Shown here: in pieces, positions 7,567 through 15,231 of the stretch | Layout: each line of letters opens with the position of its first letter | Numbering within the stretch: position 1 is the stretch's first letter | From: a virus | Taxonomy: Duplodnaviria > Caudoviricetes | Strand: one strand, 5' to 3' | Length of the DNA: 41,908 nucleotides | Virus record (IMG/VR): IMGVR_UViG_3300048852_000023 | Location: 1-41,908 of that record | The notes under the pieces: model-generated | What the model saw: the letters and a program-made list of their open reading frames with translations, nothing else | Database searches by the model: none | Told to the model about the DNA's origin: nothing | Made by a program: the position numbers and the translations under genes

Positions 7567-7949
7567 GGCGCGCCTCCGGTCGCCTTGGCGATGGCGGCGC
7601 GGGCGACGTGGCCGACGCCAGCAAACCAACCGATCCCGTTCCTCTCTGCGTTGGCGGCGACCTGCGCGATCCCACGCAGCGCCTCCAGCATCTCGGGCGC
7701 GGCACCCTGCGCCGCGCGCAGCCGCTCCAGCTCGTCCAGCAGCCAGAGCATGTCGGCTTTCGGCAGGCTCATGCCCGGCAGCTTGTCGGGGCCGATCCAG
7801 GCGCCGTGGCCGGGCGCGAAGACCGCCTCGGCGCTCAGGCGAAGGCGGCGGAGATCCTCGGCCGACATTGGCTCTGCACGAGGCTCCGCACGGTCGGGGT
7901 ACATCGGACCTGGCGTGTGCTTCGGGGCGTCGGGAGCGGGCTGGGTCAC
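7563..7949 (-). CDS. Hypothetical phage protein (HTPGP...AAPEMLEAL type)
   Basis: KHTPGP and AAPEMLEAL...ARAAIAKATG motifs common in early phage genes. Confidence 0.7.
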   Translation of the reverse strand: MTQPAPDAPKHTPGPMYPDRAEPRAEPMSAEDLRRLRLSAEAVFAPGHGAWIGPDKLPGMSLPKADMLWLLDELERLRAAQGAAPEMLEALRGIAQVAANAERNGIGWFAGVGHVARAAIAKATGGAP

Positions 7950-8722
7950 GACCGGCCCTCCCCATCAGCCGCGATCATCCGCTCGACGAGCGCGAGCGCG
8001 GACTGCTGCAGGGCCTCCTGCGTGGGATTGAGCTTGGCCCTCGCGGCATCCCCCGCGGCATCCCCCGCGGCATCCCTCGCGGCCTCCCTCGCGGCAGCCC
8101 ACGCGGCAGCCCACGCGGCATCCCTCGCGGCAGCCCACGCGGCATCCCTCGCGGCAGCCCTCGCGGCATCCCACGCGGCCTCCAACGCGGCAGCCCCCGC
8201 GGCCTCCCACGCGGCATCCCCCGCGGCATCCCCCGCGGCAGCCCCCGCGGCAGCCCTCGCGGCAGCCGCGTCGCGCCGGGCCGCGTCGATCGCCGGACCG
8301 ATGTTCCGCACCTGCGCCAGGCTGGTGATCTCGGGGAGGCCCGCGAGCGCATCGGCGTGCTCGGTCAGGCCAGCGAGGCGCAACCATGCCGGCGTGTGCT
8401 CGCGCACCAGCCAGTCAGCCGCCATCAGCGAGCGACGCTCCGCCAGCGCGGCGCTCCCCCGCGTGCCGATCAGGCGGGGCACGAGCGGGCGCAGCAGCCG
8501 GTCGCGCTCGGCGTCCGGCAGGCTGTCGTTCCACAGGCGGCCGAAGGCGCCGAGCACCGGGCAGACGCACGCCGGGTGGTCGGAGTGCGGCTCGCCGGCG
8601 ATCCACGCCGCGGCTTCGAGCGCGCACATGCCATCCGAGGGGCTGCGGTGCGCGCCCTTCTTGAGCGGCAGCGCGGCGAACTCGGCCAGGCGATCGGGGA
8701 GGATGGGAGCGGGCTGGGACAT
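7946..8722 (-). CDS. Protein with His/Cys-rich N-terminal domain and 19 x [ADE]AA[RGWL] repeats
   Basis: GAH...MCALE...DHPACVCP domain followed by an in-frame 12-bp tandem array. Confidence 0.8.
   Translation of the reverse strand: MSQPAPILPDRLAEFAALPLKKGAHRSPSDGMCALEAAAWIAGEPHSDHPACVCPVLGAFGRLWNDSLPDAERDRLLRPLVPRLIGTRGSAALAERRSLMAADWLVREHTPAWLRLAGLTEHADALAGLPEITSLAQVRNIGPAIDAARRDAAAARAAAGAAAGDAAGDAAWEAAGAAALEAAWDAARAAARDAAWAAARDAAWAAAWAAAREAARDAAGDAAGDAARAKLNPTQEALQQSALALVERMIAADGEGRS
8039..8266 (-). repeat. 12-bp tandem array, 19 units (coding strand GMK-GCC-GCG-NKG)
   Basis: Perfect 12-nt phase; the GCCGCG core is invariant in all units. Confidence 0.95.
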
Positions 8723-8725
8723 GGC

Positions 8726-8962
8726 TCAGCCCTCCGCCGGCAGGGCCGCGATCGCGGCGCGGAACGCGGCGGCCTGGAAGCGGTCGAGCTCCACCGCCTT
8801 GCGGCCCTCGATGGCGAGCGAGATGCCGCCGCCGGCCCCGATGGGGTTGAGCCGGATCACCCGGCCGTCCGCTGCAATCAGCGTGGCGAAGGCGGGGGCC
8901 GAGCCTGCAGGTTCCGGCAGCAGGTCATAGGGGTGGGCGGCGGGGGCGGCGGGGTCGGACAT
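8726..8962 (-). CDS. Hypothetical protein, first gene of the left operon
   Basis: ATG with GAGGT RBS, just downstream of the operators. Confidence 0.7.
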   Translation of the reverse strand: MSDPAAPAAHPYDLLPEPAGSAPAFATLIAADGRVIRLNPIGAGGGISLAIEGRKAVELDRFQAAAFRAAIAALPAEG

Positions 8963-8993
8963 GGCGGCACCTCTGTGGTGGTGCCGCTACTCA

Positions 8994-9041
8994 TTGCAGA
9001 TGCCGCAATGCATGGCAAGCGATATGTTGCCACATTTGCAA
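8994..9041. promoter_or_regulatory. Left operators: two TTGC-N7-GCAA sites (8994-9008, 9027-9041)
   Basis: Palindromic arms; 8994-9008 is 14/15 identical to 9719-9733 between cI and cro. Confidence 0.75.
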
Positions 9042-9079
9042 TCACGCATTCGTGATATAGCCGCCGGGGAGGCGAGACT

Positions 9080-9098
9080 GTTCGTACTAGGTTTGTTC
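9080..9098. promoter_or_regulatory. Alphaproteobacterial LexA (SOS) box
   Basis: GTAC-N7-GTTC at 9084-9098 overlapping GTTC-N7-GTTT at 9080-9094, in AT-rich intergenic DNA. Confidence 0.55.
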
Positions 9099-9245
9099 TC
9101 CTATCCGGAATAAATAGGAAGTAATCAACCGTCAGTAATAAACACGTGTGGGTGTGGAGATGGAACCGAATGGGTTACATTTATAGCGGCGGAACCGCGA
9201 CCCAGAGCCATAAGCGGCCCGGGGGCGATGACGCCGCGAGCGCGC

Positions 9246-9659
9246 TCAGTGATCCTGATGTGCCGCTAGCTTGCGTCTCATGCGCCTTGCGCCTGGTGGG
9301 CTGCTCGCAAGCGAGAGGCCCGCTGGCGCCACGATGTCCCCTTGCCCGGCTAGCAGCTCGGGTTCATCTCGCGCCGCCCGGAGCAACCTGATCGCTACCT
9401 CGGACCGCATTCCCTCGGTCCGGCCGCGCAGCACCCAGTCGGTTGTAACGTTGAAGGTGTCGCAGAAGCGCACCAGGGCGAATAAGTCAATGCGCCCCTT
9501 GTTGTTCTCGTAGCGGTTCCACGTAGAGGCGCTCTCCCCAGCCGCCTCTGCACCCTCGACTTGCGACGGGGTGAGGATTTCGCGCAATAGGCGAAGTCGG
9601 CGCGCCATTCGGCGCATCCGCTCCGTATCCCCAGGGTTCAAATCAGGCCGCTTCGGCAT
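9246..9659 (-). CDS. CI-like XRE/HTH repressor without an S24 peptidase domain
   Basis: RRLRLLRE...SQVEGAEAAGESASTWNRYEN...FNVTTDWVLRG; divergent from cro; start uncertain. Confidence 0.85.
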   Translation of the reverse strand: MPKRPDLNPGDTERMRRMARRLRLLREILTPSQVEGAEAAGESASTWNRYENNKGRIDLFALVRFCDTFNVTTDWVLRGRTEGMRSEVAIRLLRAARDEPELLAGQGDIVAPAGLSLASSPPGARRMRRKLAAHQDH

Positions 9660-9704
9660 GGCCGATAATCTGCCCTTCCATTGCCACTCGCGGTATTCCT
9701 CAGA

Positions 9705-9748
9705 TTGCAGCATTGGCATTGCAGATGCGGCAATTGCTGTGGTACCGT
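9705..9748 (+). promoter_or_regulatory. Right operators and PR-like promoter
   Basis: TTGC-N7-GCAT 9705-9719 and TTGC-N7-GCAA 9719-9733; -35 TTGCAG 9719-9724; extended -10 TGG-TACCGT 9740-9748. Confidence 0.65.
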
Positions 9749-9754
9749 TCCGGC

Positions 9755-9973
9755 GTGACGCACCCGGAGATCATCGCCGCCCTAGGCGGCTATCGGACCC
9801 TGGCCGCCGCGCTGCGGCGCGACCCCTCCGTCATCTGGCGGTGGCAGCGCAACGGCATCCCGCCGAAGCGCTGGCGCGAGGTCGAGGAGGCCGCGCGGCG
9901 CTGCGGCATTGCTGGCATCGACAAGGCCGCGCTTGCCGCTGGGTACGACGCCGAGCCGGTGGAGGCCGCCTGA
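9755..9973 (+). CDS. Cro-like HTH protein
   Basis: IIAALGGYRTLAAALRRDPSVIWRWQRNGIPPKRW; divergent from the repressor. Confidence 0.85.
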   Translation: MTHPEIIAALGGYRTLAAALRRDPSVIWRWQRNGIPPKRWREVEEAARRCGIAGIDKAALAAGYDAEPVEAA

Positions 9974-9980
9974 GATGCGG

Positions 9981-10130
9981 TCACCACGCCTGCCACACCA
10001 CCCAGGCCAGGGTCGCGGCCCAGCTCGCCACGATCAGCACAGCAGGCAGCAGCAGGCCGGAGGGCTCCACCCCTCCGGCGCTGCTCTGCGTCGTCTCGCT
10101 GTCCTCGATCGGGTCCTCCAGCCCCTCCAC
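9981..10130 (-). CDS. Small single-pass membrane protein (49 aa)
   Basis: GGAGGGGG RBS 7 nt before GTG; acidic N-terminus and hydrophobic C-terminal helix. Confidence 0.45.
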   Translation of the reverse strand: MEGLEDPIEDSETTQSSAGGVEPSGLLLPAVLIVASWAATLAWVVWQAW

Positions 10131-10182
10131 TGCGCAACCCCCTCCGTCGCTGGTTGGGATCATGCGCAGGGGAGGACCCGAC

Positions 10183-10608
10183 ATGTTGGGCATGTCACCC
10201 GAAATACCGGGGCCGGCGATGAGCGGCGCTGATGCCCTCTCGCCCTACGACGCGCTGCGCCATGGCGTGCAGCGCGCTCGCGCCCGGCACGGCTCGGTCA
10301 AGGCCGCCGTGGCCGAGGTCGCCCGCCGCTTCGCCATCTCCGTCCGCAAGGTCGAGAGCGTGTGGTGGGGCGAAAGGCTCACCATCGAGTGGGAGGAGGG
10401 CGAGCGGATCCGCCGCATCGCCCTCGCCATGCGTCAGGCACAGGAACAGGCAGACCGCGAGTACGCGGCAACGCGGGCGAACATCGAAGCAGTGCGCGCC
10501 CGGATGAGGACCCGACATGCTGAAGATCGCTCGGCTCAAGATGCAGGCGAAGGCCCTGTACGTCTCGGGGCGTCGTATCCGATGGCTGGCCAACCGGATG
10601 TCGGCTAG
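10183..10608 (+). CDS. CII-position HTH regulator
   Basis: GGAGG RBS; KAAVAEVARRFAISVRKVESVWWGE HTH-like segment; follows cro. Confidence 0.65.
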   Translation: MLGMSPEIPGPAMSGADALSPYDALRHGVQRARARHGSVKAAVAEVARRFAISVRKVESVWWGERLTIEWEEGERIRRIALAMRQAQEQADREYAATRANIEAVRARMRTRHAEDRSAQDAGEGPVRLGASYPMAGQPDVG

Positions 10609-10756
10609 CGGAGCCCGCCTGAACGACGGCGCCGAGGCGCTGAACGATCTGGCGCACCGCGTCCAGCGGGTCGGCGGGCGCTTCTGGAACGAGGCGTACT
10701 TCCTGCAGAAGCAGATCCTGCAGGCGGCCAACGACGCCGGGCCGGTGCGCCCATGA
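10517..10756 (+). CDS. Hypothetical helical protein
   Basis: GAGGA RBS; ATGA-coupled to the next ORF. Confidence 0.55.
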   Translation: MLKIARLKMQAKALYVSGRRIRWLANRMSASGARLNDGAEALNDLAHRVQRVGGRFWNEAYFLQKQILQAANDAGPVRP

Positions 10757-10848
10757 CCGCGCTTCTCGCCCTGGGCTGCGTCCTGCTCGGCGCCGGCTAC
10801 CTCGCCGCAGCCGTGCGCTGGTGCGAGATGAGGCACGACGCCGAATGA
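10753..10848 (+). CDS. Tiny hydrophobic peptide (MTALLALGCVLLGAGYLAAAVRWCEMRHDAE)
   Basis: Fills the gap exactly with ATGA overlaps on both sides. Confidence 0.5.
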   Translation: MTALLALGCVLLGAGYLAAAVRWCEMRHDAE

Positions 10849-11174
10849 GCGCCGTCCGCACCCTCGCCGCCATCGGCGCGCTGCTCGCTCTCCCGGCCGC
10901 GGCCCACCAGGCGCCGGCAGGGTGGGAGTATGACCGCGAGTGCTGCGACATGCGCGACTGCGCGCCGGCGCCCGATGGCGCGGTGCGTGAGGTGCAGGGC
11001 GGCTACCGCGTCGTGCTGCCGGTCGGGGCACACAAGCTGGCCCGGGTGTCGGTGGACGCGTTCATCCCGCACGGCGACCCGCGCATCCGCGTCTCCGGTG
11101 ACAGCGACCGCCACGCCTGCGTGTCGAGCACCGGGTACGTCTACTGCGTATACATTCCCCCGGGAGGCGTCTGA
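10845..11174 (+). CDS. Secreted Cys-rich protein
   Basis: Signal peptide ending PAAA-H; WEY..ECCDMRDC...HAC...YCVY.P. Confidence 0.7.
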   Translation: MSAVRTLAAIGALLALPAAAHQAPAGWEYDRECCDMRDCAPAPDGAVREVQGGYRVVLPVGAHKLARVSVDAFIPHGDPRIRVSGDSDRHACVSSTGYVYCVYIPPGGV

Positions 11175-11659
11175 TGAGCGCCTCCTCCCACATTCCGGCG
11201 GGCCTTCCTCCCTGCGGTCCTGCTGCTGCGTGCCCGCCGGTGCGCATGGCGCAGCAGCACAACTCGGCCTCGGTGGCTCGCGCTGCCGAGGCCGTTTCTT
11301 TGGGAGGCTGCGGGACCAAGTGGTCCCAGCGCGAGGACAACATCCTGCGCCAGATGCGGGAGGACAACCGGACGAACAAGGAGATCGGCGCGCGCCTCGG
11401 GCGCACGTCTGACGCCGTCGGGCTGCGCTGGGCGCTGCTGAAGCGCAAGGCCGAGGACGCCGAGATCGCGCGGGCGATGGCGACCGGCGAGAGCGGCCGG
11501 CGTCGCTGCCTCTGCGGCTGCGGGCAGATGTTCCTGTCCCGGCACCGCGGCGAGCGCATTGCGCCCGAGTGCCGAGAGCTGTGGCAGAGCGCGGCCAAGG
11601 GCGTCGGCGACGCCATGCCGATCGTCATGGCAGGCAAGCGGCGGCCGGGGGCGAAGTGA
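11174..11659 (+). CDS. GcrA-N-like/Myb-type HTH protein with C-terminal Cys cluster
   Basis: WSQREDNILRQM...TNKEIGARLGRTSDAV; RRCLCGCGQMF. Confidence 0.65.
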   Translation: MSASSHIPAGLPPCGPAAACPPVRMAQQHNSASVARAAEAVSLGGCGTKWSQREDNILRQMREDNRTNKEIGARLGRTSDAVGLRWALLKRKAEDAEIARAMATGESGRRRCLCGCGQMFLSRHRGERIAPECRELWQSAAKGVGDAMPIVMAGKRRPGAK

Positions 11660-12054
11660 TGCTGGTTGACCACCGCCTCTCCGTCCGCGCCGAGATCGAC
11701 CTGCTCGGGCGCGCGGCCAAGCGCCCGACCGAGGCGCAGGTCCAGCGCGCCATCATCGACCGCCTGCGCCTCATGGGCGCGCTGGCCGTGCACGTCCCCA
11801 ATGCCGGGCTGCGCAGCGAGCGCGCCGGGCAGCGCCTGAAGGGGGAGGGGATGCGCCCCGGCTTCCCGGACCTGGTCGTGATCGGGCAGGGGCGCGTGTG
11901 CTTCCTCGAGGTCAAGGCGCCTGGCACCGGCCGGCTCTCGGTCCGGCAGATCGAGTGCCATGAGGAGATCCGGCGCCGCGGCGCGCAGGTCTTCACCGTC
12001 ACCAGCCAGGACGAGGCCGTGGCGGCGTGCCGCGCGGCGGAGGTGGTGGCGTAG
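11659..12054 (+). CDS. VRR-NUC domain nuclease
   Basis: TEAQVQRAI...HVPN...GMRPGFPDL...FLEVKAP..GRLS..Q. Confidence 0.9.
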   Translation: MLVDHRLSVRAEIDLLGRAAKRPTEAQVQRAIIDRLRLMGALAVHVPNAGLRSERAGQRLKGEGMRPGFPDLVVIGQGRVCFLEVKAPGTGRLSVRQIECHEEIRRRGAQVFTVTSQDEAVAACRAAEVVA

Positions 12055-12056
12055 CC

Positions 12057-12473
12057 ATGGCCTTCGCGCATCCCCTCGACCCTCCGATCCAGACAGCCGC
12101 GGCCGCGCGCTTCGGCAAGCTGCTCGCGCAGGGCGTGGTTGCGCACGAGGACGCCGTGCGGGCGCTGCTCGATGCCGCTCTCAAGGCCGGCTACGCGGGC
12201 GACCAGAGCGGACTGCAGGCCCGCCTCTCCTGGCACGTCATGGACGCGGCTCTCCACTGGGAGAGCACGCGCGACAGAGCGGCTGCCGAGATCAAGCGCG
12301 GCATTGCCGGGCTGCTGTCCGAATGGGCCGAGCCGCAGGCGATCCTCGCCGCGGCCGAGCAGATCAACCGGGAGAGGGGTGAGCCCTTCCTGTGGCGAGA
12401 GATCAAGGAGCTGGTCGCGGGCGAGATGGCCTGGCGGCTCCGAACCCGGGGGAAGCGGCGCCGTGTCGGATAG
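12057..12473 (+). CDS. Helical replication-module protein (possible primase C-terminal-like domain)
   Basis: Precedes the helicase; FGKLLAQG...ALLDAALKAG resembles helical tails of prim-pol proteins. Confidence 0.6.
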   Translation: MAFAHPLDPPIQTAAAARFGKLLAQGVVAHEDAVRALLDAALKAGYAGDQSGLQARLSWHVMDAALHWESTRDRAAAEIKRGIAGLLSEWAEPQAILAAAEQINRERGEPFLWREIKELVAGEMAWRLRTRGKRRRVG

Positions 12474-13695
12474 TGTCTTCGACGCCTGGACTCGCCTCCG
12501 CCCTCCGGCCCCTGGCCTGACGGTGGTGGCGAACAACAACAACCCGCTGACCGTGCGGCCAGCCAGCTTGCGCCTGGGCGCCGCCATCCCGCCGCGCGAA
12601 TGGCTCTACGGGACTGCGCTGGTACGCCGCTACGTCACCACGCTGGTGGCCCCCGGCGGCGTCGGCAAAACCGCGTGGGCCGTTGCCGTGGGCTGCGCCC
12701 TGGCCAGCGGCAAGAGCCTGATCGGCGACCACGTCCACCACCGGGCCAACGTGCTGTTCTGCAGCCTCGAGGACCCCGAGGACGAGTTCGATCGCCGCGC
12801 GGCCGCCTGCATGATGCGGCACCGGCTGAGCGAGCAGGACCTGGCCGGGCGCATCTTCACCATCAACGGCCGCGACCGGCGCCTGGTGGTGGCCGCCCTC
12901 GACACCGACGGCATGACGGTCACCTACCCGGACAAGGACGCGCTGGTGAAGGCAGTCCGGGAGAACAAGATCGGCCTGGTGACGGTTGACCCCTTCGTCA
13001 ACAGCCACGAGCTCGAAGAGAACAGCAACCCCCACATCAACGCCGCGGCCCGCGCCTGGGCGGAGATCGCCGAGCAGGCCGGATGCGCGGTCCTGCTGGT
13101 GCACCACACCCGCAAGGGCGCCACCGCCGGCGACATGGACAGCAGCCGCGGCGCATCGTCCCTGATCGGCGCCAGCCGCGCCGGCTTCACCCTGACGGCC
13201 ATGAGCGCCGAGGAGGCCAAGGAGTTCGGCATCTCGGAGCAGGATCGCCGCCGCCATGTCCGCCTGGACGACGGCAAGGCCAACCTCGCTCCCGCCGCCG
13301 ACAAGGCCCGGTGGTTCCGCCTGGCCAGCATCGCCCTCGGCAACGGCTCCCCCGACTACCCGAACGGCGACAACGTGCAGGCCATCGAGGCCTGGGAGCC
13401 CCCCAGCATCTGGAAGCAGCTCTCCGACGAGGACTGCAACCGCGCCCTCGACGCCATCCAGGACGGCCCCGGCGCCGGCCAGCGCTACACCCGCAGCCGC
13501 ACCGGCAAGTCCGCCAACCGCTGGGCCGGCCGGGTGCTGACGGACATGTTCGACCTGAACGACGAGCAAGCCGCCAAGGTGATCGACACCTGGGCACGCA
13601 ATGGCCTGGTCGAAGAGGCTCCCTACTTCGACCCGGTGCAGCGCAAGGAGCGCTCCGGGCTGGTCGTGAACCCCTCCAAGAGGCCCGGCCGATGA
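12463..13695 (+). CDS. RepA-type (AAA_25) replicative helicase
   Basis: PPREWLYG, Walker A APGGVGKT, SLED, Walker B LVTVDP, LVHHTRK, RGASS. Confidence 0.9.
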   Translation: MSDSVFDAWTRLRPPAPGLTVVANNNNPLTVRPASLRLGAAIPPREWLYGTALVRRYVTTLVAPGGVGKTAWAVAVGCALASGKSLIGDHVHHRANVLFCSLEDPEDEFDRRAAACMMRHRLSEQDLAGRIFTINGRDRRLVVAALDTDGMTVTYPDKDALVKAVRENKIGLVTVDPFVNSHELEENSNPHINAAARAWAEIAEQAGCAVLLVHHTRKGATAGDMDSSRGASSLIGASRAGFTLTAMSAEEAKEFGISEQDRRRHVRLDDGKANLAPAADKARWFRLASIALGNGSPDYPNGDNVQAIEAWEPPSIWKQLSDEDCNRALDAIQDGPGAGQRYTRSRTGKSANRWAGRVLTDMFDLNDEQAAKVIDTWARNGLVEEAPYFDPVQRKERSGLVVNPSKRPGR

Positions 13696-13994
13696 CCCGT
13701 GAATGGCGCAACAATGGCGCGGAAATGGCGCAGATCGGGGCCGCCGAGGGGCGGCTTGCGCCATTGCGCCATTCCCCCAGCCAAAGGCTGGGGGGAATGG
13801 CGACTGAGCATGGCGCAGCCTGCCGCCCCGAGGGGGTGAATGGCGCGGTGAATGGCGCAGAAATGGCGCAGCCGGACCTGCTCCCGAGTGACGCCACCCC
13901 CGGCCCCCTGGACCTCCCGCCCGGCGAGCTGTCGCGGCGGCTCGACCGCGTCGCCAAGGGGAAGCGGCGCAAGCGGTGGAGGGGGAACCGGTGA
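13692..13994 (+). CDS. Hypothetical ORF spanning the iteron cluster
   Basis: ATGA-coupled to the helicase stop and GTGA-coupled to the MTase start. Confidence 0.45.
   Translation: MTREWRNNGAEMAQIGAAEGRLAPLRHSPSQRLGGMATEHGAACRPEGVNGAVNGAEMAQPDLLPSDATPGPLDLPPGELSRRLDRVAKGKRRKRWRGNR
13702..13869. repeat. Putative replication origin: AATGGCGC iterons around an inverted repeat
   Basis: Direct copies at 13702, 13713, 13724, 13839, 13851, 13862; inverted copies at 13758 and 13766; hairpin 13767-13802. Confidence 0.7.
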
Positions 13995-14629
13995 GGGTGG
14001 AGCGCATCGGCCTCGCCACGCTGTACCTGGGCGACTGCCGGGAGATCGCGCCGACGCTCGATCGGCCGGCGGCGGTGATCAGCGATCCGCCGTATGGGAT
14101 CAAGGCGGCCAAAGCCGGCGCCCATAGCCGCATCCGCGATCGAGAGGTCTGGCCAGAGGCAGCGTGGGACGACGAGGCGGCCGATCCAACGTGGGTTCTG
14201 CAATGGCAGATCCCCGCTGTGCTGTGGGGAGGTAACTACTTCAATCTTCCGCCGGCCCGGGGCTGGCTTGTGTGGGACAAGCTGAACCCGCCCGGCTTCT
14301 CCCTGGCCGACTGTGAACTGGCATGGAGCAACCGGGATGGCGCGGTGCGGCGCTGGAGTGGGCGCGCGCCGCTTCAGAGCGTCGAGAAGCACCACCCGAC
14401 AGAGAAGCCAGTGCCGCTGATGAAGTGGAGCATCGAGCAAGCCAGGGTGCCGGCCTGGGGTGCCGTGCTCGACCCCTACATGGGCAGCGGCACGACGGGG
14501 GTGGCCGCCGTCACCATGGGCCATGCCTTCGTCGGCATCGAGATCGAGCCCCGCTACTTCGACACGGCCTGTCGCCGCATCGAGCAAGCCCAGCGCCAGG
14601 CGGATCTGTTCGTGGGAGCGGTGGCATGA
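13991..14629 (+). CDS. DNA adenine (N6)/cytosine (N4) methyltransferase, beta class
   Basis: GDC, DPPYG, HPTEKP, VLDPYMGSGTTGVAA in beta-class order. Confidence 0.92.
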   Translation: MRVERIGLATLYLGDCREIAPTLDRPAAVISDPPYGIKAAKAGAHSRIRDREVWPEAAWDDEAADPTWVLQWQIPAVLWGGNYFNLPPARGWLVWDKLNPPGFSLADCELAWSNRDGAVRRWSGRAPLQSVEKHHPTEKPVPLMKWSIEQARVPAWGAVLDPYMGSGTTGVAAVTMGHAFVGIEIEPRYFDTACRRIEQAQRQADLFVGAVA

Positions 14630-14660
14630 CCCCGCGGCGCAAGCGGTGGAGGGCAGGGCG

Positions 14661-14834
14661 GTGATCGCGGCCCTCGCCCCCGCCGCCAGCGCAGAGGCCC
14701 GCGCGCAGCAGTACCTCGACCGCGGCGCCTACGTGGAGCTCGGGCCGGACGGGTGGCGCACGCTCACCCTGCGCACGCACGTCCTGCACGTCAGCGCAGA
14801 GGTGTGGGCACGGGTGGAGGGGAGGGGAGCGTGA
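14661..14834 (+). CDS. Hypothetical protein
   Basis: GTG start with GGAGG RBS; coupled. Confidence 0.5.
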   Translation: MIAALAPAASAEARAQQYLDRGAYVELGPDGWRTLTLRTHVLHVSAEVWARVEGRGA

Positions 14835-15049
14835 GCGAGATCATTGAGGCGACGTGGACTACGGTGGAGCCGGAGTGGCGGATCGTCAGCCGGGCGACCT
14901 GCGCTCTCGCGAAGTACCGCGCCAATACGGACGAGGTGACGTTCGACTGGCCCGCAATCGAGCGGGAGGCCCAAGACGAGGGCTCGTCCGTCCGCGGGTT
15001 GGCCAAGATCCTGCTGGCAGCGCGAGCGGCAGGTGGAGGCTCAGCATGA
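14831..15049 (+). CDS. Hypothetical protein
   Basis: GTG start MSEIIE with GGAGG RBS; coupled. Confidence 0.55.
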   Translation: MSEIIEATWTTVEPEWRIVSRATCALAKYRANTDEVTFDWPAIEREAQDEGSSVRGLAKILLAARAAGGGSA

Positions 15050-15231
15050 CGCTGGATGATCGGATGGCGCGGGCACGGGCGGAAGCGCCGACCTTTGTTG
15101 TCTCCAGCGTCCCGCGCTTCGTGGCGGTGACGGTCGAGAAGGCGTGTCAGGAGTTTGTGCTTGTCGAGCGCGGCGTAAGCGACACCCGCCCCGCGCCGGC
15201 CGGATGGGACACGCTGGAGAACCACAGGTGA
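15046..15231 (+). CDS. Hypothetical protein
   Basis: ATGA-coupled, GGAGG RBS. Confidence 0.5.
   Translation: MTLDDRMARARAEAPTFVVSSVPRFVAVTVEKACQEFVLVERGVSDTRPAPAGWDTLENHR

Noticed and set aside
8039-8266. CRISPR array or diversity-generating retroelement
   Set aside because: Contiguous 12-bp units without spacers; no cas genes, no reverse transcriptase and no template/variable repeat pair seen
12532-12543. (AAC)4 microsatellite in the helicase gene
   Set aside because: Short and in frame (NNNN); unlikely to be a phase-variation tract
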